NCBI GenBank assembly: GCA_963706575.1
Contig: CAVPNL010000006.1
Coordinates: forward strand, 1 to 64,000
Direction of reading: 5' to 3'
DNA: 64,000 nucleotides
DNA from: an uncultured delta proteobacterium
GTDB taxonomy: Bacteria; Desulfobacterota; Desulfobacteria; Desulfobacterales; JAHEIW01
The notes beneath the pieces are model-generated. The model saw only the letters and a program-made list of their open reading frames with translations, did no database searches and was not told the DNA's origin. A program made the translations under genes and the position numbers. Each line of letters opens with the position of its first letter. The stretch's first letter is position 1. Below are positions 52,787 through 61,463 of the stretch, piece by piece.

Positions 52787-53713
52787 ATGGCAAAGCTGGA
52801 AGGAGAAGAGCTTAAGAAGCGGCTTGAGTTCTCCGAATATAAAAGAGTGCTCCTGCAAAAGCGGTTGTCGAAGGGCAGTATCGAAGAGGATTCGACGCTA
52901 TGGAGCTTTGTCGATCTGATGACGCTGCTTTTGATCCTGTTTATTCTTTTTTATTCTCATGCCGTGACCAAGAAGGGTTCAGCCAGGTACATGGCAAGTA
53001 AACAGTCCCAGACCGTTGAAGCAGCACCAACCATTGAGGTGCATAAAACCTCAATAGCGGCTAAACCGGTAGCATATGATCCGAATCAGCCGGAACCGGA
53101 TGTAGTCAAAACCGAAAAGGAAAACCCGGACGAGGCTTTAGAGCAATTCGAACAGCAGGTACTGCAAACCGTCTCTGAGAAAGTTAAAAACGACTTTTCC
53201 ATCCGCTGGAATCAAAAGCGCCTGGTACTGGTGTTGGGCGAAAGAATTGCGTTCAATGTGGGGGAAGCAAACCTGCTGCCTGATTTTCAGCCGACCTTAA
53301 AACAGATCGCCGGGTTCATTTCTTCGCAGAAAGGTTATAACGTCACCATCGCCGGGCATACCGACGACACACCCATCAACAACACCCAATTTCCCTCCAA
53401 CTGGGAGCTGTCGGCGATCCGGGCGGTGAATGTGGCTAAATTCATGATCTTACATGGCGTCAATCCCCAGCGAATTTCGACCGAGGGATATTCAGCCTAT
53501 CGTCCATTACAGCCCAATACAACCGATGACAACAGGCACGCAAATCGTCGCGTAGAAATAACGCTAATCAAGGCACAGGAAAACGAAATCCTGGCTGAAG
53601 ATAAGGTAGATAGCACTGAGGAAGCTGACGCATCCTTGAGACACACCCAGGCCGACAACCTTCCCGTCTACCCTAAAAAAAGATACCATACTTTCCGTGG
53701 CTATCCTTTTTAA
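52787..53713 (+). CDS. motB: MotB/PomB-family stator subunit with OmpA-like domain
   Basis: W.FVDLMTLLLILF (conserved Asp), GHTDD.PI, SNWELSAIRA and NRRVEI motifs. Confidence 0.87.
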   Translation: MAKLEGEELKKRLEFSEYKRVLLQKRLSKGSIEEDSTLWSFVDLMTLLLILFILFYSHAVTKKGSARYMASKQSQTVEAAPTIEVHKTSIAAKPVAYDPNQPEPDVVKTEKENPDEALEQFEQQVLQTVSEKVKNDFSIRWNQKRLVLVLGERIAFNVGEANLLPDFQPTLKQIAGFISSQKGYNVTIAGHTDDTPINNTQFPSNWELSAIRAVNVAKFMILHGVNPQRISTEGYSAYRPLQPNTTDDNRHANRRVEITLIKAQENEILAEDKVDSTEEADASLRHTQADNLPVYPKKRYHTFRGYPF

Positions 53714-53802
53714 AATGGTTCATTTTGACAGAATTTACCTATAAATCTTGGAATTTTCAGCTCGAATTGGTTTTAATCCAAAGTTAAATTTGTTCTCCAC
53801 TT

Positions 53803-56800
53803 TTATACCAGTTCCTCCAGCAAGACCTTAGCCTCTTTGAGGTCCGCGGTATCGAATCCCTCGGTGAACCAGCCGTAAATATCGGCTAGCATTTGCCGTG
53901 CCTCTTCCTGCTTTCCCTGCTGTTGCCACAGTCGACTCAGGCTCATCGCCGCCCGCAGCTCCAACGACTTTGCCTGCTGACGACGTGCAGTATCGAGAGC
54001 TTTCCGAAAACATTCCTCCGCTTCCCCCACCTTTTGCTCTTGCTGCATCAGCAAGAGCTCTCCCCTGCGCCTATGCAGCTCTGCCTCCCAATAGCGCTCC
54101 TCAGTTTTGTCCACCAATGCGAGCGCCTCGACCAACACTTTCAGTCCTTCTTTCGACTTCCCTGCTTCCCCATACGCCTCAGACAGCAGGGAAAGACAAT
54201 AGGGCCGCTGCAATTCAGCTCCTGTTCCCCGGTAAGCGACAAGACCCTGATGCATCTGGGCTATCCCCTCTGCTCCCTCTCCTTGCAGTGCCCGCGCCCA
54301 CCCTTGCAAAATCGTTCCATAGGCCAACCAGAAGGGAAAACCCTTTTCTGCCGATAATGCTATCAATGCCTCGGCGGGCTCCTGGACCGCCTGCGCCTCC
54401 TGGCGGAACTGACGGAGGAAAGTAGCGAAATGCAGAGCAAGAGTCAGGCTGAAAGGGTGATCAAGTTCCTGAGCCAGGGTCAGCGCTTCATTGATGCTCT
54501 GCAGGGCCTGGTCCGGATAGCCGAGCATCCATATGGCCCAGGCAGCAAATCCTCGGCACATTACGGCAGGGTCCTGTCCATACAAAAAGGCATGGGAGCG
54601 GTGTTTCTGAGGATTATAGAGGGCCATTCCCTGCTCGAAATGCTCTCGAGCTGCGGTTATTTCTCCAAACCAGTACAAGGTCTGCCCTATCACGCGGTGA
54701 GCCTCCAGGAGGAGCGCAGTGTCTTGTGCGCGCTGGGCCAGGGTGAAGAGCTGCTCCGCCAGCTCACGCGTCGTCTGCAACTCCGCCCGGACCATATAAA
54801 ACCGCCACAGCCCGTGCAGCACCGGAAAAAGCTGTGGGGTTTCTCCCACCTGCTGACAGAGTTCCCGGGCCCGGGCATAGGCGCGTTCCGTGTCAGGGGA
54901 CGATTGGCCCTTAACGGCCATCAACACCGGGCCAAGTGTGACCTGTATGTCCAGCTCCTGGCGGGCACGCTCAAGGGTGTCCGGCAGGGCCATGAGCACC
55001 TCCAGCCCCTTGGTGAGGTGGTTGATCGCTTCCACATGCGCCGAGCGCTGGGTGGCGCGCTTGCCGGCCTGGTACCAATAGCCAACGGCCTGTTCGTTGA
55101 GACCCGCCTCTGTGTAGTGATGGGCCACCAACTCGGGCTCGGCCTCGACCGTCTCGGAAAACTCCGCTTCCAACATCTGGGCAATCTGCTGGTGGTATTG
55201 CTGCCGGGTCCGCTTGAGCAGCGAGCCATAGGCCGCATCCTGGATAAGCGCGTGCTTAAAGATGTATTTGGCACGTGGCGGCCGACCCCGTTGGTAGAGA
55301 AGTTCTGCACCCACCAGCTGGTCCAGCCGCTCCTGCAACGTTGACTCCTCCACAGCGGCCAGCGCCCGGAGCATCTCGTAGGCAAATTCCCGGCCTAGCA
55401 CCGCTCCGAGCTGTGCCACCTCGCGCACCATGGGTAGACGATCCAGTCTTGCCATCAGTGAATCCTGCAACGTGGCTGGGATCGCAACGCTGGACAATGT
55501 ACCGGCCAGGGCATAGTGATCGGCCTCCTCCCGCAGGAGGTCCGATTCCAGGAGCATCTTTGTCAATTCTTCCACATAGAGCGGTACACCATCGGTCCTG
55601 GCGACAATGTATTGGACCACCTCGGCTGGAAGCGCCTTGCCGCCCCCCAGCTTCGTAATCATGGCCTCCACCTGGGGACGCTCAAGACGGTTGAGCGTGA
55701 TAGGGGTCATATGGGAGCGGTTGGGCCACGGTGGGACAAATTGCGGACGGAAAATCAACACAGCCAGCATCGGGACTGTGGGGACCTGCTCCACGAGCAA
55801 CCCGATGCTCTCGATTGTAGAGGGGTCTGCCCAGTGGAGATCTTCATACACCACGAGCATCGGCTGACGCTCGGCCTCCTCCAGGAGCCACGCTGTCAGG
55901 GCATCCTGTGTCTGCTCTTTTTCTTGCCGGGGTGTCAGGCCCAGGGGGGGATAGCGCCCTTCGGGTAACGGCAAGGAGAACAGCACAGCGAACAACGGCA
56001 CAACCTCCCTCAACGGGAGACTGGTCGTCCGGAGCGTCTGCTCCATTTTGCCAAGCTTCTCTGCAGGGGTATCGCCACGCTCCCAGCCCCACAAGCGCTG
56101 CAGGTGTGTGATCACCGGGTAGAGCGCACTGTTGGTATGATAAGGGGAACAGCGGTAAGTGGCGCGCATATACCCTTGGCTCGCTACCTGTTCGCGCAGT
56201 ACATCGGCCAGAGCCGATTTGCCGATCCCCGGCTCACCATTGATGAGCACCACCTGGCCGAATCCCTCCTTGCTCTGCTCCCAGCGCCGCAGCAACAGCC
56301 CTATTTCTTCGTCCCGTCCCACCAGGGTTGTAATGATGCCGGTTGCGATCTCCTCCTCATCGCTTTGTGCCACAATGGGCTTGAGAACTTGTGCGACTTC
56401 TATTGGCTCCGGCACACCCTTCATGCGATGGCTGCCCAGATCCTTTAGGACAAACGCACCCTTCACAAGGCGCTTGGTCATTGCACTGATCACCACCGTG
56501 TCAGGCTCCGCGAAACTTTCAAGACGGGATGCAATATTGGGCGTTTCCCCTAGAGCCAATTGTTCATGGCGCCCCCCACCGCCCATTTTTCCCACGACGA
56601 CCGGACCGGTGTGGATACCCAGCCGCACGGCAAGCTGGACGCCATACTCGGGTTCCATGCGGCTATTCAGCGTCCCCATGGCCTCCACAATCCCCAGAGC
56701 AGCGCGCACGGCGCGGTGCGCATCATCTTCGTGTGCCTGGGGGTAGCCAAAGTAAACCAGAAGCCCATCACCGAGATACTGCGCTATATGGCCGTCAAAT

Positions 56801-57198
56801 CCCTGAATCACGTCAGCGGCCGTTTTTTGGTAAGAGCGCACGACCTCGCGAAGGTCTTCAGGATCGAGCCGGGCCGACAGGTTGGTCGAGCCGAGCAGAT
56901 CGCAAAACATCACAGTCAGTTGACGGCGTTCCGCGTCTAGAGAGCGCGCCTCTGCCACAGGGGCTGTCGCCTGGATGTCGCTCCTGGCTGCTGTTGGCGT
57001 GGCATCCGGAGGCCTTGACGCATCTTGGGGAGGGGCTTCTTTGGGCTCGCTAAGATTATGTCCGCATTCATCACAAAATAGGCTGTCGGGTGTAAGTAAG
57101 GTACTGCATTGGGGGCAGATCAGATTGAGTTTGGCTCCGCACTTCTTGCAAAATTTAGCCCCTTCACGATTGTCAAACTGGCATTCAGGGCATTTCAT
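53803..57198 (-). CDS. Double zinc ribbon + class III cyclase + AAA + TPR protein, copy 3 (intact, GC-rich)
   Basis: ERRQLTVMFCDL, QYLGDG, GEPGIGKS, EDLHWADPS, FKHALIQDAAY and C-terminal WFTEGFDTADL motifs. Confidence 0.92.
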   Translation of the reverse strand: MKCPECQFDNREGAKFCKKCGAKLNLICPQCSTLLTPDSLFCDECGHNLSEPKEAPPQDASRPPDATPTAARSDIQATAPVAEARSLDAERRQLTVMFCDLLGSTNLSARLDPEDLREVVRSYQKTAADVIQGFDGHIAQYLGDGLLVYFGYPQAHEDDAHRAVRAALGIVEAMGTLNSRMEPEYGVQLAVRLGIHTGPVVVGKMGGGGRHEQLALGETPNIASRLESFAEPDTVVISAMTKRLVKGAFVLKDLGSHRMKGVPEPIEVAQVLKPIVAQSDEEEIATGIITTLVGRDEEIGLLLRRWEQSKEGFGQVVLINGEPGIGKSALADVLREQVASQGYMRATYRCSPYHTNSALYPVITHLQRLWGWERGDTPAEKLGKMEQTLRTTSLPLREVVPLFAVLFSLPLPEGRYPPLGLTPRQEKEQTQDALTAWLLEEAERQPMLVVYEDLHWADPSTIESIGLLVEQVPTVPMLAVLIFRPQFVPPWPNRSHMTPITLNRLERPQVEAMITKLGGGKALPAEVVQYIVARTDGVPLYVEELTKMLLESDLLREEADHYALAGTLSSVAIPATLQDSLMARLDRLPMVREVAQLGAVLGREFAYEMLRALAAVEESTLQERLDQLVGAELLYQRGRPPRAKYIFKHALIQDAAYGSLLKRTRQQYHQQIAQMLEAEFSETVEAEPELVAHHYTEAGLNEQAVGYWYQAGKRATQRSAHVEAINHLTKGLEVLMALPDTLERARQELDIQVTLGPVLMAVKGQSSPDTERAYARARELCQQVGETPQLFPVLHGLWRFYMVRAELQTTRELAEQLFTLAQRAQDTALLLEAHRVIGQTLYWFGEITAAREHFEQGMALYNPQKHRSHAFLYGQDPAVMCRGFAAWAIWMLGYPDQALQSINEALTLAQELDHPFSLTLALHFATFLRQFRQEAQAVQEPAEALIALSAEKGFPFWLAYGTILQGWARALQGEGAEGIAQMHQGLVAYRGTGAELQRPYCLSLLSEAYGEAGKSKEGLKVLVEALALVDKTEERYWEAELHRRRGELLLMQQEQKVGEAEECFRKALDTARRQQAKSLELRAAMSLSRLWQQQGKQEEARQMLADIYGWFTEGFDTADLKEAKVLLEELV

Positions 57199-57377
57199 TT
57201 TATGCCCTCCTTTATGCGCTTATCAGTTTGAAATGGTGTGAAGGAAATAAGTGTGATTATCTGTTTAATATCTTAGTCATGCTTCGATGTCAATTATCGC
57301 GATAGTTAATATATTGTGGTTGAGACTTGAGTTGCTTTTTGCAGATACCCCCTAGCAAAAACCAAATATCGCCCGGG

Positions 57378-57437
57378 TGGTGATACATTGTGAATATCAC
57401 CAAAACAGAAGACTTGTGATACGCAAGAATATCACAA
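57378..57437. promoter_or_regulatory. Two tandem palindromic operator-like sites
   Basis: TGGTGATA-N9-TATCACCA and TTGTGATA-N8-TATCACAA. Confidence 0.55.
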
Positions 57438-57506
57438 CCACCATAAATTAAAAACCAAAAGACGCTGGATCTAGCATTCCACCGCTAACGGAGTTGAAAT
57501 TTTTCT

Positions 57507-57535
57507 TTGACCTGCAAAGGGATTTTCTTTATATT
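57507..57535 (+). promoter_or_regulatory. Putative sigma-70 promoter
   Basis: TTGACC-N17-TATATT upstream of the MmgE/PrpD gene. Confidence 0.45.
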
Positions 57536-57676
57536 CATTCCGATAAGATACAAGGTGTTATCTCTCACGGTTGGAGGTCCGACCCTGGCTTCATTTCATC
57601 ATGGATCGTGGATCATAACCGTGTAACCTTGAACCTGCCAAACTGTGAAGATCAATTTTAAATGGGGAGGTGACAT

Positions 57677-59068
57677 ATGGAAAAGTGGGTTACCAAAGAA
57701 CTGGCCGAATATGCAGTGGGCGTGCGCTTTGAAGATTATCCCCGAGAAGTTATCGAGACCGCCAAGATTTTGCTGCTGGACAACATCGGCTGTATGCTGG
57801 GCGGCAGTCAGTCCAAACTGGGCCAGGCCACACTCAAGCCGATCGAGCAGATGGGCGGCAGCGAAGATGCCACTCTGGTAGGAGGCCGCTGCAAAGTCCC
57901 GACCATTCAGGCTGCTTTTGTGAACGGTACCAATGCCAACGCGTTGGATTATGACGAAGTCCTGTTTGGCATCGGACATCCCGGCTCTTCCATTATCCCC
58001 TCTGCACTGGCCGTCGCCGAATGGAAAGGACTTTCGGGTAAAACGGTGCTCAATGCCATATTGGCCGGATATGATGTTGGCAATCGCATCGGTATCGGGA
58101 TCCAGCCGACGCCCGAGAGACTGCAGCACGTATGGGGTGTGGGCACCTGGCAAACGTTTAGTTCCGTCGTTGCAGCCAGCAAAGCCCTCGACTTTGATCT
58201 TGAAACGACGATGAACGCCTATGGTGTGGCCGGCGCCACGGCCCCTTTGCCCAATACCCAGAAATGGGGCTGGGATCTTTCCGAGCGGCCCCTGCACTGG
58301 GTCAAAGAACCGACCGGCTGGCCCGCCTGGACCGGTACAACGGCGGCCATATTGGCTGCCAATGGTTTCGTCGGTAACAAATACATACTGGATGGCCACA
58401 ACGGCTTCTGGATCATGGCAGGTTCGGACCAATGCGACTATGATGTTATGACCCGGGGGCTGGGGAGCGAGTATGAAGTCCTCACCAATATCGCCATCAA
58501 ACCGTATTCCGCCTGCCGCTGGCAGCATCCCACGCTGGATTGCGTCACCCTGCTCAAGGCCGAACATGATCTGAGCCCGGAAGATATCAAGGCGGTCAAT
58601 ATCCATTCCTTTGCCTGGGTCAAGACCCATGAGCTATACGGCCCTGCCGACATGGTGGATGCTGCCTTCTGTATCCCGTATACCGTTACCCAGGTCTTAA
58701 TGGGCGAACCGCCGGGATTGGGGTGGTATACCGATGAAAAACTTGAGAGTGAAGAGATATTGAACTTTTCCAAAAAAGTGAAAGTGACCGTCGATCAGGA
58801 GATGGACAAGGCTTATTTCGCTGAGGATCGGCTATCTGCACGTGTGGAGATCGTCACCACGGCCGGCGACACATTGGAAAAGTATGTGAAAATTCCTTTA
58901 GGTGATCCGCGCAACCCGCTGAGCAAAGCCGAGATCGAGGCTAAATTCAGAAATCAGGCGGCCCACTGTCTGGACCCCCAGACCGTTGACACGGTGGTTG
59001 ACAAAATCTATGATTTCGAGAACATCGAGGATATATCCACCTTTATGCCCATGCTGATCGCGCGCTGA
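57677..59068 (+). CDS. MmgE/PrpD family protein
   Basis: LLDNIGC, AAFVNG..ANALDYDE....GHP, KPYSACRWQH and P.GDP.NPLS..EIEAKF motifs. Confidence 0.9.
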   Translation: MEKWVTKELAEYAVGVRFEDYPREVIETAKILLLDNIGCMLGGSQSKLGQATLKPIEQMGGSEDATLVGGRCKVPTIQAAFVNGTNANALDYDEVLFGIGHPGSSIIPSALAVAEWKGLSGKTVLNAILAGYDVGNRIGIGIQPTPERLQHVWGVGTWQTFSSVVAASKALDFDLETTMNAYGVAGATAPLPNTQKWGWDLSERPLHWVKEPTGWPAWTGTTAAILAANGFVGNKYILDGHNGFWIMAGSDQCDYDVMTRGLGSEYEVLTNIAIKPYSACRWQHPTLDCVTLLKAEHDLSPEDIKAVNIHSFAWVKTHELYGPADMVDAAFCIPYTVTQVLMGEPPGLGWYTDEKLESEEILNFSKKVKVTVDQEMDKAYFAEDRLSARVEIVTTAGDTLEKYVKIPLGDPRNPLSKAEIEAKFRNQAAHCLDPQTVDTVVDKIYDFENIEDISTFMPMLIAR

Positions 59069-59202
59069 AGCCACTGCAGGCAACCTTAACATTTTAGGCA
59101 GGACCATCCTCGGCCTGCCGGTAATGGTAATCGGGTACGCTCTTAAGATATTGATATTCAATCTATATTTTAATAGCGTCTTCGTTAGCGCTTCTTTTTT
59201 AT

Positions 59203-59232
59203 TTGACCCGCCTTTATCAAGCCTGCTATCTT
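59203..59232 (+). promoter_or_regulatory. Putative sigma-70 promoter (extended -10)
   Basis: TTGACC-N18-TATCTT with TG at the extended -10 position. Confidence 0.35.
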
Positions 59233-59352
59233 CGAAAAAAATCGAGTCTGCGCTTATGGATTACATTTTAGACGTCGGAGAACTCTTTTTGTGACCCTGT
59301 CTTGAGATCAACCAGCTGATATGAAATACAGAGATACTGGGAGCATGCGTTT

Positions 59353-61386
59353 ATGGCGGAACAAATAGGTTTCAGGCGGAATATGGGCCTGTTTATGGCG
59401 GTAATGATCGGCATTGGCGCCACAATGGGGCCGGGGATTTTTGCCCTGCCGGGCGAACTGGCGCATATGATCGGTCCGCTTGGCATTCTCGTCTATTTGG
59501 CGATGGGTTTTTTAACCGTATTTACCGCCTTAAACTATAGCGAGCTGAGCGCAGCCATACCGTTAGCCGGCGGCGGATATTCTTTTACCCACAGAACACT
59601 CAACAGGCCCGTGGCCTTTTTTACCGGCTGGTTTTTCTGGATCGGCAACACGCTCGCCTGTTCGATGTACGCCCTTATTTTTGCCCTGACGATCCGCACC
59701 TACTTTTTACCGCAAGCCAGCATTGTCCTCCTCACCCTGCTCACCACCGTCGTATTCACTGCCGTCAACTTCATGGGAATGAAGGAAGCCATAATCGTTA
59801 TTACCGTAATGAATCTGGTGGAATTGGCGGTTCTGGTCGGTGTTGCCGGGCTCGGTTTCACGGATATTGAGCCGATTAATCTGGAGCCTTTAGCCCCGAT
59901 GGGATGGGGTCCTTTCGTTCCGGCGATGGCCCTCATCTATATCTCCTATGTCGGGTTCGAGCTTATCTCGAATGCGGCTGAAGAGATCATTCAGCCGGGC
60001 AAAAACATCCCGCGAGCGATTTTGATCACCTTGGGCATCAGTACCGCAATTTACGTTTTCGTGGTCGGCGTCATGATGGGCACCGTCAATTATACGGAGC
60101 TCGCCCAGAGCGACATCCCTTTCATCTTCACTGCTGAGCGGCTTTTCGGCGCCTGGGGACGCTGGGCCGGGGTCATCGCGACCATAATGGCGAGTCTTTC
60201 CGCATTCAGTGTGACATTGGGCGCTAGCGCCCGCATTTTATACGCATTGGGGCGTGACAAACATTTTCCCTACTTTTTTTCCAAGCTGCATCCGAGATTC
60301 CAGACGCCCCATATTGCGCTTTTTGTTTGTGCCCTGGTTGTGATTATCTTCAGCTCCTCAGGCATCGTTAAATTCGTGGCTTCTTTAAGTGATTTCGGGT
60401 ATTTAATGGGGCTCGGGATCATCAATTATGCGGTGATTCCATTGCACAAAAAAATGCCGAATCTGAGGCGTCCATTTCAAACCATGTTTTTTCCCTGGAT
60501 ACCGATCCTGGGGATTATTACCACCTGGATGTTCGTTCCGGCATTAGAATTCAGAAGTTTTGTTCTGGGAGGGATACTGACACTGATTGGCAGCGCAATC
60601 TATCTTTTCAATTCCGATAACCGCGCTGAAGTTTCCAAATTGGCAAAATTTTATGTAAAATCTTTGAAATCATATATATATAAATTAAGGAGAGTGCATA
60701 TGCGAGTACTTATCATAAGTGGCGCAAAACAGGGCCAAAATATAGCTGATCGACTCCTGGCAAAAGATGAGTATCGGATGATGTTTCGCTCGGCGGAACA
60801 TCAGGTAACCTTCATCGAAGAAAACGAGAAGCTATGTAAGGAACTTGAACAACGCTACAATTGCCCAATTTACCAGGGGGACGGCACCAAGAAGGAATTA
60901 CTGGGACAGGTCGGGCTGGATAATATTGATGTTGTCATCGCTGCCTTTGAAGATGAAGGCCGCAATGTGATTGCGGCCCTGCAGGCCAGACAGTTAAAAC
61001 TTGAAAAAGTCGTCGCCATTGTCCAAAATCACGAATACACCCAGCTCCTTGAGCAGAACAAAGTTGTGGTGGTAAACGCTCCCTGGGCGACGGCAGCGAT
61101 GGTTGAAAATATCATCGACAATCCTGTTTTAGCGCAACTTTTCGAATTTGGAATCGGAGCAGCAAGTCTTTTGGAAGTCAGCGTGCCTGAAAATGCGAAG
61201 GTAAATGGAGAACTCATCAAGGATATTGATATACCAAAAGGGAGCTTGATTGCCGCCATAATGAGGAATAACCAATTTGTGGTTCCGCGCGGCGTTACCC
61301 GGATCCAGGTTGATGATCGCGTAATTTTTATCGGGCCGGCCTCCGCCATAAAAAAAGCGTACGATATATTTATGCTCAACAAATAA
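59353..61386 (+). CDS. APC-family amino-acid permease fused to TrkA-N/TrkA-C (RCK) domains
   Basis: IG..MGPGIF..PG, YVGFE, RILYALGRD; then MRVLII.., GDGT and FVVPRG.T.I...DRV. Confidence 0.88.
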   Translation: MAEQIGFRRNMGLFMAVMIGIGATMGPGIFALPGELAHMIGPLGILVYLAMGFLTVFTALNYSELSAAIPLAGGGYSFTHRTLNRPVAFFTGWFFWIGNTLACSMYALIFALTIRTYFLPQASIVLLTLLTTVVFTAVNFMGMKEAIIVITVMNLVELAVLVGVAGLGFTDIEPINLEPLAPMGWGPFVPAMALIYISYVGFELISNAAEEIIQPGKNIPRAILITLGISTAIYVFVVGVMMGTVNYTELAQSDIPFIFTAERLFGAWGRWAGVIATIMASLSAFSVTLGASARILYALGRDKHFPYFFSKLHPRFQTPHIALFVCALVVIIFSSSGIVKFVASLSDFGYLMGLGIINYAVIPLHKKMPNLRRPFQTMFFPWIPILGIITTWMFVPALEFRSFVLGGILTLIGSAIYLFNSDNRAEVSKLAKFYVKSLKSYIYKLRRVHMRVLIISGAKQGQNIADRLLAKDEYRMMFRSAEHQVTFIEENEKLCKELEQRYNCPIYQGDGTKKELLGQVGLDNIDVVIAAFEDEGRNVIAALQARQLKLEKVVAIVQNHEYTQLLEQNKVVVVNAPWATAAMVENIIDNPVLAQLFEFGIGAASLLEVSVPENAKVNGELIKDIDIPKGSLIAAIMRNNQFVVPRGVTRIQVDDRVIFIGPASAIKKAYDIFMLNK

Positions 61387-61463
61387 TGAGAAGTAATTGA
61401 TAGGACCTGCCTTTTCGATTCGATAGATGCTTTCCATTTATATCAAGCGCGAGGAGGTGCAAA

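Noticed and set aside
51943..53713. Zorya anti-phage ZorA/ZorB
   Set aside because: The A subunit is 272 aa with flagellar-type motifs and no long cytoplasmic tail, and no zorC, zorD or zorE is adjacent.
54430..58630. Long antisense ORFs (54430-55344 plus strand, 57599-58630 minus strand; also 49406-50143 and 43079-44067)
   Set aside because: They are shadows of well-supported genes on the opposite strand in GC-rich coding DNA and have no recognisable motifs.
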